64,000 nt of DNA from Elusimicrobiales bacterium (GTDB lineage: Bacteria; Elusimicrobiota; Elusimicrobia; Elusimicrobiales; UBA9959), in assembly GCA_028713125.1 (NCBI GenBank), contig JAQTOU010000003.1, positions 467,286 to 531,285 on the forward strand, read 5' to 3'. Position 1 is the stretch's first letter; the number at the start of each line of letters is the position of its first letter. Below are positions 51,832-61,506 of the stretch, in pieces. Position numbers and translations under genes: made by a program. Under the pieces are notes generated by a model that did not search any database, had not been told where the DNA came from, and was given only the letters and a program-made list of their open reading frames with translations.

Positions 51832-52764
51832 ATGAAGGACGAAATAGTGAGCACCGCCGCCCTGCGGCGGGAATACGGCGACGTGGTGGCCGTCAAGGAT
51901 ATCGATCTTTCCGTGCCGCGGGGCGCCGTGATGGCGCTGGTGGGTCCCAACGGCGCGGGCAAGAGCACGCTGCTCAAGATGCTCTCCGCCGTGCTCGAGC
52001 CTACGCGAGGAACCGCCGTGGTGAACGGGGTGGATATAAACGAGAACCCGCGCGGCGTGCACGCCTCGGTGGGCTTCCTTCCCGATTTTTTCGGTCTTTA
52101 CGAGGAGATAACCGTGGGCGAGTACCTGGAGTACTTCGCCAGGGCTTACGCCGTTCCGCCCGGCCGCCGGGAAAGCGTCATCGCCCGGACGCTCGCCGAC
52201 GTGGACCTGGCCGGCAAGGCCGGCGCGCGGGTGCAGGCGCTCTCGCGCGGGATGCGCCAGCGCCTGGCCATAGGCCGCACGCTGCTGCACGAGCCGCCGC
52301 TGCTGCTGCTCGACGAGCCGGCTTCGGGCCTCGACCCCGAGTCTAGGCACGACCTCCAGAAACTGTTTACGCGGATGGCGCAGGGCGGCAAAACACTTAT
52401 CGTTTCTTCGCATATCCTTACCGAGCTTGAGGACTACTGTACCCACGTCGCCATACTGCGCGAGGGGAACCTCGTGGCCTGCGGCAGCCTGGCCGAGGTG
52501 CGGGCTTCGGTAGGCAGGAAGCGCCGGGTGCGCGTCAGGGCCGCCGGCGGCACGGAAGGAGCGCTGGCGCTGCTGCGCGCCGCCGGGATGGAAAGCCCGG
52601 CCGCGGAGGGCGGAAGCGTATTCTTTAATTTTTCAGGGACCGAAGAGGAACTTTCCGGAACCCTTAAGCGCCTTCTCGACGGCGGGGTGAAGGTGCTTCA
52701 TTTCGGCGAGGAAGGTGGCGGCATCCAGGAAACGTACCTCGCCTCTTTGGAGAAGAAAATATGA
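51832..52764 (+). CDS. ABC transporter ATP-binding protein
   Basis: 310 aa. GPNGAGKST, LSRGMRQRLAIGRT, LLLDEPASGLD. Confidence 0.9.
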   Translation: MKDEIVSTAALRREYGDVVAVKDIDLSVPRGAVMALVGPNGAGKSTLLKMLSAVLEPTRGTAVVNGVDINENPRGVHASVGFLPDFFGLYEEITVGEYLEYFARAYAVPPGRRESVIARTLADVDLAGKAGARVQALSRGMRQRLAIGRTLLHEPPLLLLDEPASGLDPESRHDLQKLFTRMAQGGKTLIVSSHILTELEDYCTHVAILREGNLVACGSLAEVRASVGRKRRVRVRAAGGTEGALALLRAAGMESPAAEGGSVFFNFSGTEEELSGTLKRLLDGGVKVLHFGEEGGGIQETYLASLEKKI

Positions 52765-54101
52765 TTCAGCTTACCGGTCTTTTTCCCGAGATCTTCCGCT
52801 ACCGCGCGCAGGAAACGGGCAGGTTCAAGCTCCTGTCCAGCCTGGCCGCGGCCCTGGTCCTTTGCGCCGCCACCGGCTATTCGGTCGCCAAGACCACCGC
52901 TTCCTGGGGGAGCTACCTCTCCGCCATAACCTTCATCCAGTTCAATATGCTGGTCTTTTACGGCGTGGTCTGTACGGCCAGGTGCGTCACGCAGGAAAGG
53001 GCCGAGCGGACCTGGGACTTCCAGCGCCTGACCCCGCTTTCTTCGTTCAAGATAGCGGCCGGTAAATTCCTGGGGGCCCCGGTCTTCCCCTGGTTCCTTT
53101 TCGCCTGCCTGCTGCCCGCCGCGCTGCTCCCGCTTGTTTTTTCGCCGGGCGTTTACGGCGACTTCCTGAGCCGGTACGCGCTGGGCCTCTCGGTCGCGCT
53201 GCTGTCGATGGCCGTCGGGCTGCTGGCCTCCGCCTACGACGAGACCGGCGGCAGCGGCATGGGGCATCTTTCCGGGCCGCTGATCGGCCTGGCCGGGATC
53301 AGCACGCTGAACTCTTCTTTCAGGTACGCGGATTCGCTGGGCCGGCCTTTCCCTATGCTGATCACTTTTTACGGCTTCCAGCTGGGGCCTGTCTCCGGCG
53401 TGCTTTTCCTCACGGCGACTTTCCTTGGTTTCGGGGCCTGGGCCTTTCTCGGCGCCAGGTACCGCATAGGCCGCGACCTCCTCGAGCGCCGCCGCGCCTG
53501 GCGCCTGCCGGCTTTCCTGCTTTTCCTGGCCTGGTATATAACGGGCTTCGAGTATACGGCCCCGCGGACCGGCGCGCTGCCGCTCACGGCGCTGGTCCTG
53601 CCGGGCCTGGCCGTCTACATCGCCTCCTTCCTCTCCAGCGAGCGGAGCGAATACTGGCGGCGCTGGCTGGCAGGGGACAGCCCGGCGCGCCGCCTGGACG
53701 ACAGCCCGGCCTGGCTCAAGGGTTCCGTGCCCCTGCTGTGCATAGCCGCCGTCCTATACTTCATTTACGGCGTAGGCGCGCCGGAAGCAGTAGCGGCGCA
53801 GGGCCGTCTCTACCTGATCCTGCCGCTTTTCCTGCTGAGGGACCTGATGTTCCTGCAGTGGTGCCGGTTCTCGGCGAGCCGCAGGCCGGAAATGATGGCG
53901 CTGGCTTACCTTGCGCTGGTCTACGCCCTGCCGGCGATAATACTCTGGCCGACGAGAATGACGGATTTCCTCCCGCTCTTCGTCCCTTACGCGAGCGAAA
54001 GCCTGGGTTTCGCGGCGAACCTGGCCGGGCCCATCGCCCAGGTATTGATAATGGTTTATTTCCTGCGCGTGAAAATAAAGGCGGCGCTGACCGAAAAGTA
54101 A
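52761..54101 (+). CDS. polytopic membrane protein coupled to the ABC ATPase (putative permease)
   Basis: 446 aa. ATGA overlap with the ATPase gene. About 10 or more hydrophobic helices. No motif recognised. Confidence 0.55.
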   Translation: MIQLTGLFPEIFRYRAQETGRFKLLSSLAAALVLCAATGYSVAKTTASWGSYLSAITFIQFNMLVFYGVVCTARCVTQERAERTWDFQRLTPLSSFKIAAGKFLGAPVFPWFLFACLLPAALLPLVFSPGVYGDFLSRYALGLSVALLSMAVGLLASAYDETGGSGMGHLSGPLIGLAGISTLNSSFRYADSLGRPFPMLITFYGFQLGPVSGVLFLTATFLGFGAWAFLGARYRIGRDLLERRRAWRLPAFLLFLAWYITGFEYTAPRTGALPLTALVLPGLAVYIASFLSSERSEYWRRWLAGDSPARRLDDSPAWLKGSVPLLCIAAVLYFIYGVGAPEAVAAQGRLYLILPLFLLRDLMFLQWCRFSASRRPEMMALAYLALVYALPAIILWPTRMTDFLPLFVPYASESLGFAANLAGPIAQVLIMVYFLRVKIKAALTEK

Positions 54102-54159
54102 ACTCCGGGCGCGCGAAGGCGACAGGAGAAGGTTCGCGGAATTTATGATCCGGGCGGGG

Positions 54160-56073
54160 TTAAGGGACAGCTTCGAAAGGCGGAACAGAAAGAGCGGCCT
54201 GGGCTGCTGCCAGTACCTGCGACGCTTCGCGCCGGCGCCCCTGGCGCTCAAGAACTTCTACCAGCATTTTCGTGCACCGCGCGTAATTGGGCTCCAGGGC
54301 TAGCGCGCGGCGGAGCAGCCGCTCTCCCTCCGCGGCGTCGTTCCCGTGCAGGAGCCTGACGGAAGCGAGCGCGGCAAGGGCCGAGGTGAAATCGGGAACT
54401 TCGGCGAGCGAGAGGCGCAGCTTCGCCGTCGCGGCGGGCCAGTCGGCATTCCGGAGGTCTTTCAGCGCCTCCGCATAAAAACCTGCAGCTTTGTTCCAGC
54501 CGGCGGGAAATTCCACGCCGTAGATCTCCGTTCTTTCGAGCGGATCCTCATAAAGCTTCCTGAAGCGGAGCGGGTGATGCCTGATCCAGCCCCTTTCCAT
54601 GGCCTGCTGCCAGGCCTGGTTCGTGCGGTAGGGGCCTTGCGTGGAAAGGACCGTTCCGGCGGTCACAAGGGCATGCGTGATCTGAAAGCGCGAGAGCTCC
54701 AAAAGAAAAGCGTCCGCATCAGGCGCGCCGAACATGCCGTGGCCTGACCGGCCGGTGTAGAGCTCGATGACCGGGCCCCTGCCCAGGAAACGGCTCTCAG
54801 GCGGCGTTTCGCGGCGGATCCACTCCAGCGTCCGGGTGTAAAGCCTGGTTTCGGGGGGCCGCTGCGGTGAATAGGTTTCCCGCACCAGCAGCCCGGCGCG
54901 TACAAGAAATCCGAGGGCCACGCAAAGCAGGAGCGCCCGCGCGGCCGGGGGCCGGGACCTTCCCGCGGCATAGACCCCGCTTACCAGGAACAAAAAAAAG
55001 AACGGCAGTATCGGCAGCGCGTAGCGCTCGGAATAAACGGTCCAAAGCGACATCACCAGTCCCTGCCCCGTAATAAGCAGCCCTGCCGACAGGGCGATGG
55101 ACCGCCCGGCCGGCGGTTTATCCAAAAGAGCGGAAAGCCCTTTCGCGCAAAAATAAATTACTCCGGCGATCAGCGCGGCCCCGAAGAGGTCCGGCAAGGG
55201 ACCTCGCGGCCAGGGGCAGGCGAGTCCGTAGACGAGGATAAAAGAATGAAGCAGGCCGTAGCCGCGCTCCCAAAGGGACTGCCGCGCCAGGGACGCCAGG
55301 CCCTGCAGCAGGTAGTGGAGATAATCGGAAGGGACGTCGTTTTTCAGCAGGGCCGAGAAGCCGACCGCCAGGCAGGGCAGCCAGACAAGAAGGGTTATCA
55401 AGCGCAGCGCTTTCCAGGCCCTGGCTGAAAATATAGCGGCCGTGAGCACGGCGGCCAGGAGGATCCCGATGGGCTTCGTGCAAACGGCCCAGGCTGTCGC
55501 GGCGCAAAGCAGCGCGTAAGCCCATCCGCCTTTTTCTCCTTGCAGGACCATGCGGAGCCCCAGCAGGGCGAATACAAAAAGAAAAGCGAGGAAGGGGTCG
55601 GCCATCACGATGCCGGAGCTTAAAAGGAAAAGCGGCTGAAGCGCGTAAAGGAGCGCGGCCCAGCGCCGCTCTTCGGCCGGCAGCCAATCCGCTAAAAGCT
55701 TCCAGAAGCCGTACACGGTAAGGACCGAGACGGCCGCCATCGCCCAGGGCAGCAGGGACCAGTGCGGCCTGAAGACGGCGACGAAAGGCGCCAGGAAAAG
55801 CGGGTAGCCGGGCATGAAATGGGAGAAGAGCGCGCCCAGGCCGGAACCGGAAAGGTTGCGCAGGGCGTCCCACAGCCGCTGGGCGAGAAGCACGAAGGAG
55901 GCGTCGTCGTTGAAAAACCCTACTTCATAGCGCGGGTGGAAGAGGACCGCGCCGGCCGCGGCGACGAGCAGGAGGAGGCGGAGGAAAGCGCGGTCGGAAA
56001 GCGGCGAAGCCGCGGCCCCGGGAGAGGCCCCAAGCCGGGCGATTTTTTTCAGGAGAGTTCCGGGATCTGTCAT
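54160..56073 (-). CDS. polytopic glycosyltransferase-like membrane protein (GT39/ArnT-like) with a C-terminal TPR region
   Basis: 637 aa. About 12 N-terminal TM helices with an early DDAS motif (FFNDDASFVLLAQRL). The C-terminus is TPR-like (LRRALALEPNYARCTKMLVEVLERQG). Confidence 0.55.
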   Translation of the reverse strand: MTDPGTLLKKIARLGASPGAAASPLSDRAFLRLLLLVAAAGAVLFHPRYEVGFFNDDASFVLLAQRLWDALRNLSGSGLGALFSHFMPGYPLFLAPFVAVFRPHWSLLPWAMAAVSVLTVYGFWKLLADWLPAEERRWAALLYALQPLFLLSSGIVMADPFLAFLFVFALLGLRMVLQGEKGGWAYALLCAATAWAVCTKPIGILLAAVLTAAIFSARAWKALRLITLLVWLPCLAVGFSALLKNDVPSDYLHYLLQGLASLARQSLWERGYGLLHSFILVYGLACPWPRGPLPDLFGAALIAGVIYFCAKGLSALLDKPPAGRSIALSAGLLITGQGLVMSLWTVYSERYALPILPFFFLFLVSGVYAAGRSRPPAARALLLCVALGFLVRAGLLVRETYSPQRPPETRLYTRTLEWIRRETPPESRFLGRGPVIELYTGRSGHGMFGAPDADAFLLELSRFQITHALVTAGTVLSTQGPYRTNQAWQQAMERGWIRHHPLRFRKLYEDPLERTEIYGVEFPAGWNKAAGFYAEALKDLRNADWPAATAKLRLSLAEVPDFTSALAALASVRLLHGNDAAEGERLLRRALALEPNYARCTKMLVEVLERQGRRREASQVLAAAQAALSVPPFEAVP

Positions 56074-56119
56074 GATTTATTTGCCGCTTCCGGTACGGCC
56101 GAGGTGGTCCGGCGCCGCC

Positions 56120-56581
56120 CTAAAAGCCGGCGTATTTACGCAGGCTTACGAGCCGGGAATAATAGTAAGGGTTAGTGACCGAGTCGATGTGCACCCCGTT
56201 GGTGAAAGAGGCGTGCACGAAAAAGCCTTTCCCCACGTAGATCCCGACATGGTCCACTTTGGCCGTGCCCGGGTTTTTCATGGCGAAGAAGATCATGTCG
56301 CCCGGCAGCACGCCGGAGGGGGACAGGCGCAGGGTCTGCGCGAACTGGTCCCTGGCCACGCGCGGCAGGCCGAGGCCGGCCTTGCCGTAGACCAGCTTCA
56401 CGAAGGCGGAGCAGTCCATGCCGGTCTGCGGGTGCATGCCGCCCCAGAGGTAGGGCGTGTTAAGGAAGGTCATGGTCTCTTTCACCACCTCGCCCCGGGC
56501 GTCGGCGATGGATTTGGCCCCGGCCGCGGAAAACGGAAGGACGGCCAAAAGGCTGAAAAAGAGGATTTTTTTCAGGCGCAT
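56120..56581 (-). CDS. NlpC/P60 (C40) family peptidoglycan hydrolase
   Basis: 153 aa with a signal peptide. Catalytic blocks are GMDCSAFVKLVY and DHVGIYVGKGFFVHAS. Confidence 0.85.
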   Translation of the reverse strand: MRLKKILFFSLLAVLPFSAAGAKSIADARGEVVKETMTFLNTPYLWGGMHPQTGMDCSAFVKLVYGKAGLGLPRVARDQFAQTLRLSPSGVLPGDMIFFAMKNPGTAKVDHVGIYVGKGFFVHASFTNGVHIDSVTNPYYYSRLVSLRKYAGF

Positions 56582-56621
56582 GATTTATGTATTATATAAC
56601 ATAGTTTCCAAAAATCCGAAG

Positions 56622-57338
56622 ATGAAAACCGCTATATTCGCTATAAGTCTTATTCTGCTCGGCACGACCCTGCCGCGCGCGGAATCCCTGCCCAACCTGC
56701 ACAACCAGGCCGCGTGGAGCGAAAAAGACAAGAAAGATTTTTTAGGCTTCCTGAAGTCCAACCAGGCCGTTCCCGCCGGGCAGGTTAAGCAGATCGCGGC
56801 CGGGGACGACGCGCGCCGGGCTCCCTCGAAAGCGCGCTACGCCTCGCTCGCCCTCGTTTCGGACACGATGATCCTGGACCTCGGCGGCGGCAGGACCAAA
56901 ACTGAAACCACGACTTTCGGCCCCAAGCTGCTCGCCGGCGGGCATATCTTCTCCTGGGTGCGCTATTACGCCGGGCTGAAATATAACCGGGTGGGCCAGG
57001 AGAAGCTCGACGGCACGAGGGCGCACCTTTCGCATATAGAGGTCCCGCTGGGCCTGGAGCTCGCGCTCATCCCCCTGGGCACGCCCCATACCAGGTATTT
57101 CCTGCTGCGCGGCGGCGTCTCGGAACATTATTTTTACGGCTCCGCTAAAAAGTCTGATTTCAAGAACCCCCTGCTCGGCTGGCGCCCCGCCTGGAATCTG
57201 GGCCTGGGCTACGAATGGCAGTTCGATAATTCAAACTGGCGCTTCCACTCCCTGGCCGAAGGCTACAGGACCTTCTCCGCGAGCAGCACCCGCTTCTACG
57301 GCCTGGGCCTTACCGCCGGCTTCGTCTACACTTTTTAA
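56622..57338 (+). CDS. outer-membrane beta-barrel protein (putative)
   Basis: I prefer ATG 56622 (signal MKTAIFAISLILLGTTLPRAES). Alternating hydrophobic strands. The C-terminal ...GLTAGFVYTF ends in Phe, as in OMPs. Confidence 0.6.
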   Translation: MKTAIFAISLILLGTTLPRAESLPNLHNQAAWSEKDKKDFLGFLKSNQAVPAGQVKQIAAGDDARRAPSKARYASLALVSDTMILDLGGGRTKTETTTFGPKLLAGGHIFSWVRYYAGLKYNRVGQEKLDGTRAHLSHIEVPLGLELALIPLGTPHTRYFLLRGGVSEHYFYGSAKKSDFKNPLLGWRPAWNLGLGYEWQFDNSNWRFHSLAEGYRTFSASSTRFYGLGLTAGFVYTF

Positions 57339-57355
57339 TTCTTTCCCCCAAAAAT

Positions 57356-57391
57356 AAGAACACCCGGATCTTCTCCGGGTGTTCTTTTTTT
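57356..57391. terminator. bidirectional intrinsic terminator
   Basis: aagaacacccgga-tcttc-tccgggtgttctt flanked by A-run and T-run, between convergent genes. Confidence 0.75.
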
Positions 57392-57419
57392 CGCTCCCTG
57401 ATCCTCGATCTTCTATTTC

Positions 57420-58871
57420 CTAATGTATCCCGTGCATCCATTTGCGCAGCTTGGGGGTCAGAAGCAGCAGCAGTATCGCCGCGCCTATGCCGGTGGCCGT
57501 GGGGATCATGTAGAAGTTCACGTGGTTGATAGTGTCGTAGTTCCCGGCGAGCCGCCCGCCGATGAGCCCGGCCGCCACGCTGGACAGGAAGTAAACGCCC
57601 ATCATCAGCGAGCCGAACTGCAGCGGGGCCAGCTTGGTCACCAGCGACAGGCCCACCGGGGAGAGGCACAGCTCGCCGAGGGTATGGAAGAAGTAAGCGC
57701 CGACCAGCCACAGAACGCTGACGGGGCCGCTCTGCTGGTACGCCGCGGCGGCCGCTATCATCACCACGAAGCCGATAGCAAGCAGGCCCAGCGCGATAGC
57801 GAACTTGACCGGGCTGGACGGCTCTCTCTTGGTCTCGGCCAGGTTTACCCACATGCCGGAGAAGAAAGGCGCGAGCACCACGATGAAGAACGGGTTCAGC
57901 GACTGGAACCAGCCGGAGGGGACCAGGAAGCTCCAGCCGAACAGGGACAGGTTCCTGTTCGTCTCCCTTTCGGCGAACAGCGTCAGCGAGCTGCCGGCCT
58001 GCTCGAAGGCCGTCCAGAAGAAGATAGCGAAGAACACCATGATGAAGATCACGGCTATGCGCTGTTTCTCTATATGGGTCAGTTCGGACTTCACGGGCTT
58101 GGAGGCGTAGGAGTAGGCCATGCCTATCAGTACGAATAAAGCGGCCGACCAGTAGAGCCAGCGCGGAACCCTGCTGAAGATCTCGAAACCGTTGAATTCC
58201 ATCGCGGTAAGTATCAGGAAGGAGACCATCATCGTGACCAGCGTCACGGGGACCCAGTAATTGGTCTGCGGGTCCGCCGGTTTCATCATCTTGTCGCCAA
58301 GCAGCGCCTTCTGGCCCCAAAGGTACATCACCAGGCCCAGGACCATGCCGACGCCGGCCGCGCCGAAGCCCCAGTGCCAGCCTACCATTTCGCCGAGCGT
58401 GCTGCAGACCAGCGGAGAGAACATCGCGCCCAGGTTGATGCCCATGTAGAAAATAGTGAAGCCGCCGTCGCGGCGCGGGTCGTTCTCTTCGTAGAGCGAG
58501 CCTACCACGGTGGAGATGTTCGGCTTGAAGAAACCGTTGCCCATGATCAGCAGGATCATCGCGCCGAAGAAGAAAGGCATGGACGGCAGGGCCATTGCGA
58601 AATGGCCGAGCGCCATCAGGATGCCGCCCACCAAAATGGCTTTGCGCTGGCCCAGATAGCGGTCGGCAATGTAGCCGCCCAGAAGCGGGGTCAGGTAGAC
58701 CAGGCCGGTATACCAGCCGTAGACATGGCTGGCCTTCTCGGTGCTGAACTGCAGCGACTTTACCATGTAAAGCACGAGGAGCGCCCTCATGCCGTAGTAG
58801 GAGAAGCGCTCCCACATTTCAACGAAGAAGAGGAGGAAGAGGCCTTTAGGCTGGTTATGGTGAATGCTCAT
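57420..58871 (-). CDS. POT/PTR2 family proton-dependent oligopeptide transporter
   Basis: 483 aa. The FFVEMWERFSYYGMRALLVLYM signature (ExxERFxYY). About 14 TM. Confidence 0.9.
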   Translation of the reverse strand: MSIHHNQPKGLFLLFFVEMWERFSYYGMRALLVLYMVKSLQFSTEKASHVYGWYTGLVYLTPLLGGYIADRYLGQRKAILVGGILMALGHFAMALPSMPFFFGAMILLIMGNGFFKPNISTVVGSLYEENDPRRDGGFTIFYMGINLGAMFSPLVCSTLGEMVGWHWGFGAAGVGMVLGLVMYLWGQKALLGDKMMKPADPQTNYWVPVTLVTMMVSFLILTAMEFNGFEIFSRVPRWLYWSAALFVLIGMAYSYASKPVKSELTHIEKQRIAVIFIMVFFAIFFWTAFEQAGSSLTLFAERETNRNLSLFGWSFLVPSGWFQSLNPFFIVVLAPFFSGMWVNLAETKREPSSPVKFAIALGLLAIGFVVMIAAAAAYQQSGPVSVLWLVGAYFFHTLGELCLSPVGLSLVTKLAPLQFGSLMMGVYFLSSVAAGLIGGRLAGNYDTINHVNFYMIPTATGIGAAILLLLLTPKLRKWMHGIH

Positions 58872-58987
58872 GTTGGCTCCTTGCTTGTGCCGGAAGTTAT
58901 AATGAATTATATATAAAAAGGTGGAGCTGATTTCTTGGTATAATTTAACAGAAATTAAACGACGGGTCTTCCCAAAGGACTACCAGC

Positions 58988-59728
58988 ATGGACTATAACA
59001 CAATTTTCGGGATAGTGGGCTTCATCGCGCTTATACTTATCGGCGTGTTCACCGGGCAATTAGACGGTTCCCTCCTTAACCTCCACGGCGTCTTCGTCGT
59101 TCTGGGCGGCAGCTTCGTGGCGATACTGATCAATACGCCTTTCGTCCACACTTACAAGGCCGTGACCGAGCTGCGTTTCCTGATGTTCAACGACGAGATG
59201 AACGAAATAAGGCGCACGGTACCGGTGATGGTGGACCTGGCCGGGCAGTGCCGCTCGAAGGGCCTGTCGGCCCTGAAGGACGCTGACCCTAAGCATGCCA
59301 ACGGTTTCCTGACGCGCGTATCGGCTGCGGCGCTGGAATACAATGATTCCGCTTTTGTGAAGCGCGTTATTACCCAGGAGATAAACCAGGTGGCGGACGA
59401 GATGAACGAAGTGGCCAACGTGTACAGGACCTTCGGCCTCCTCTCCCCCATGTTCGGCCTGTTGGGGACGCTTATAGGTATCATCGGCGTGCTCAAGCAG
59501 CTGTCCGACCCGGAGACCGTCGGCCCCGCCATGGGCGTCGCCATCACTTCCGCTTTCTACGGCATAATCATCGCCAACATGATCTGCGTGCCGATAGCCG
59601 GCAAGATCCGCTCCAGGATCTGGATGCAGACCAAGCTTAAATCCATGATACTCGAGGGGATACTCGAGATCATGCAGGGCAGCGTCCCGATAGTGGTGGA
59701 GCGGCGGATGCAGTCTTACTTCGGGTAG
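58988..59728 (+). CDS. motA: MotA/PomA family stator proton-channel protein
   Basis: 246 aa. 2 TM, a cytoplasmic loop, then 2 TM. GPAMGVAITSAFYGIIIANMICVPIAGKI closely resembles the PomA/MotA TM3-TM4 block (GPAMAVALLTTLYG...). Confidence 0.8.
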   Translation: MDYNTIFGIVGFIALILIGVFTGQLDGSLLNLHGVFVVLGGSFVAILINTPFVHTYKAVTELRFLMFNDEMNEIRRTVPVMVDLAGQCRSKGLSALKDADPKHANGFLTRVSAAALEYNDSAFVKRVITQEINQVADEMNEVANVYRTFGLLSPMFGLLGTLIGIIGVLKQLSDPETVGPAMGVAITSAFYGIIIANMICVPIAGKIRSRIWMQTKLKSMILEGILEIMQGSVPIVVERRMQSYFG

Positions 59729-59745
59729 TCACGGGGCGGTACGCT

Positions 59746-60444
59746 ATGCCTGAAGATATTTACAAAAACAGACGCGAAGAGCTGGAAAACCAGCTGAACA
59801 AGGGCGCTCTCTGGGCCGTGACTTACGGCGACCTGATGAGCTACCTGATGATCTTTTTCCTGATGATGTTCTCTTTCTCCATAGCCAAGACCGACAAATC
59901 TAAGAGCCGCAAATACGAGGAATCCCTCGCGAACATCCAGAAATCCTTCGGCGGCAAGGTGGACAAGAAGCGCATGGAAAGGGCCCAGGCGCAGGAAACC
60001 GAGTCCAAGATGGAGAACAACCTTAAGGAGTCGATGGCGGCGGGCGGGATCTCTAACCTGGTGCAGATACAGTCAAACGCCCGCATGGTGAAACTGGTGC
60101 TTACCGAAGGCGTACTTTTTTCTTCCGGGGCTTCCGACCTGAAGGAGCCCGCGAAAAAAGTGCTGGCCCCTATCGCCGCCGAGCTTAAAAAACTTCCCAA
60201 CGACGTGATAATCGAAGGGCATACCGACAATGTGCCGATAAAGCACGGAAGATATTCTTCCAACTGGGAGCTTTCCATGGCCAGGGCTTACTCCGTGCTG
60301 CAGTATATGGCCACGCAGGGTATTCAGTCCAACCACCTGGCCGGCATAGGCTACGGGGACACCAGGCCCGTCGGAGATAATGCCAGGCCCGAGGGCCGGG
60401 CCAAAAACAGGCGCATAGAGATCTCCCTGATGAAAACCGACTAG
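59746..60444 (+). CDS. motB: MotB family stator protein (OmpA-like C-terminus)
   Basis: 232 aa. WAVTYGDLMSYLMIFFLMMF carries the conserved channel Asp. The OmpA-like blocks are GHTDNVP, NWELSMARA and NRRIEISL. Confidence 0.85.
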   Translation: MPEDIYKNRREELENQLNKGALWAVTYGDLMSYLMIFFLMMFSFSIAKTDKSKSRKYEESLANIQKSFGGKVDKKRMERAQAQETESKMENNLKESMAAGGISNLVQIQSNARMVKLVLTEGVLFSSGASDLKEPAKKVLAPIAAELKKLPNDVIIEGHTDNVPIKHGRYSSNWELSMARAYSVLQYMATQGIQSNHLAGIGYGDTRPVGDNARPEGRAKNRRIEISLMKTD

Positions 60445-60578
60445 GTTTCCGGGTATTTTTGTTTTCCGGCTCACCCCTCCACTTTAAAGCGCTCCCCGGG
60501 CAATATTCCTGTAATTTTTGCGCAACACCTTTTATACACGCCTATAATATAATATGGCTGTAGGAAGGACGCCGCTTT

Positions 60579-61505
60579 ATGGATTATTTGAAATATGTGA
60601 TGATAGTCGGGCTGGCCTCTCTTACGGTCGCGGCCATCTGCTGCACCGCCCTGTGGGTGATGGCGCCCCTTATTCTTTCACGCGCCCGGCCGGAGGAAGG
60701 GGAGCACGGAGAAACCGCGGCGGAACCGCGCCCTCCTGCCGAACCGGAGCTGCCCGGAGTTCGCTTTAATTTCACGGCCCAACAGGCGCCCGCGCTGGCG
60801 GGTATCCTTAAAAAGGAAAGCCCTGAAGACACCGCCGTAGTCGTTTCGCGCCTGCCGGCCGAAGCGGGCCGCGCCCTGCTGGACGCCCTTACCACCGAAA
60901 GGCGGGCGAAGGTCCTGCAGTGCCTGGCTTCACCCCGGACGGTGGACCTGGAGCTGATGCGCGGCATGAAGGTGGAGCTGGAGAACAGGCTGTACGGAGT
61001 GGTGGGCGGCGCAGCGCAGGCCGCGCCCTTTATAAAGCTCCTGGCTTATGAAGAGAGGAAAGAACTGCTGGAAACTATCTATTCTGAGAGCCCGGCCCGC
61101 GGCGCCGAGCTGCGGGCCCTCTTCATCTTCGACGAGGATCTGCCGGGGATCCCGGATAGGGACCTGGGCGCTTTAGCGGCCGCTGTGCCGGCTGAAACTA
61201 TGGGGACTTACCTGCCCGCGCTGCCGGAAGCCCTGAAGGCCAGGCTGAAGGAACAATATTCCGGGAAGGAAGGGCTGGCGCTGCAAAAGGTCGCTCTTGC
61301 CGCTCCCCAGGGTCCCGTTGAAAAAAGAGCCGCTCTGGACAGTTTTATCGCGCTGGTGGAAGATATGGCGGAGAAGGGCCTTATAGTGAGGCCGAAACCG
61401 CAGGCTAAGCAAAAGCCCGCGGCTGTACCGGCCCCGGATAAAGCTTCAGCGCCGGCGGTCAAAGCCCCCGCACCCGCGGCCAAGCCGAAGAGGGAGTGGG
61501 GCTGA
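60579..61505 (+). CDS. membrane-anchored FliG-like protein (middle and C-terminal FliG-type domains only)
   Basis: 308 aa. N-terminal TM helix VMIVGLASLTVAAICCTALWVMAPLIL. LKKESPEDTAVVVSRLPAEAGRALLDALTTERRAKVLQCLA resembles the FliG middle domain (EHPQTIA..L..L....AA.VL..LP...R.EV..RIA). FIFDEDLPGIPDRDLGALAAAV...GPVEKRAALDSFIALVEDMAEKGLI resembles the FliG C-terminal domain (F.FEDL..LDD..IQ.LL...GPVR..DVE.AQ..IV...R.L...GEI). Recognition is by eye. Confidence 0.55.
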   Translation: MDYLKYVMIVGLASLTVAAICCTALWVMAPLILSRARPEEGEHGETAAEPRPPAEPELPGVRFNFTAQQAPALAGILKKESPEDTAVVVSRLPAEAGRALLDALTTERRAKVLQCLASPRTVDLELMRGMKVELENRLYGVVGGAAQAAPFIKLLAYEERKELLETIYSESPARGAELRALFIFDEDLPGIPDRDLGALAAAVPAETMGTYLPALPEALKARLKEQYSGKEGLALQKVALAAPQGPVEKRAALDSFIALVEDMAEKGLIVRPKPQAKQKPAAVPAPDKASAPAVKAPAPAAKPKREWG

Positions 61506-61506
61506 T

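Noticed and set aside
57310-58815. 501-aa minus-strand ORF overlapping the POT transporter in another frame
   Set aside because: The 57420-58871 frame carries the PTR2 signature and 14 TM helices. The alternative frame is Arg/Gly/Pro-rich with no motif.
58988-60444. Zorya-type anti-phage system (ZorA/ZorB are MotA/MotB homologues)
   Set aside because: MotA here is 246 aa with no long C-terminal tail as in ZorA, and no ZorC/ZorD-like nuclease or helicase genes follow.
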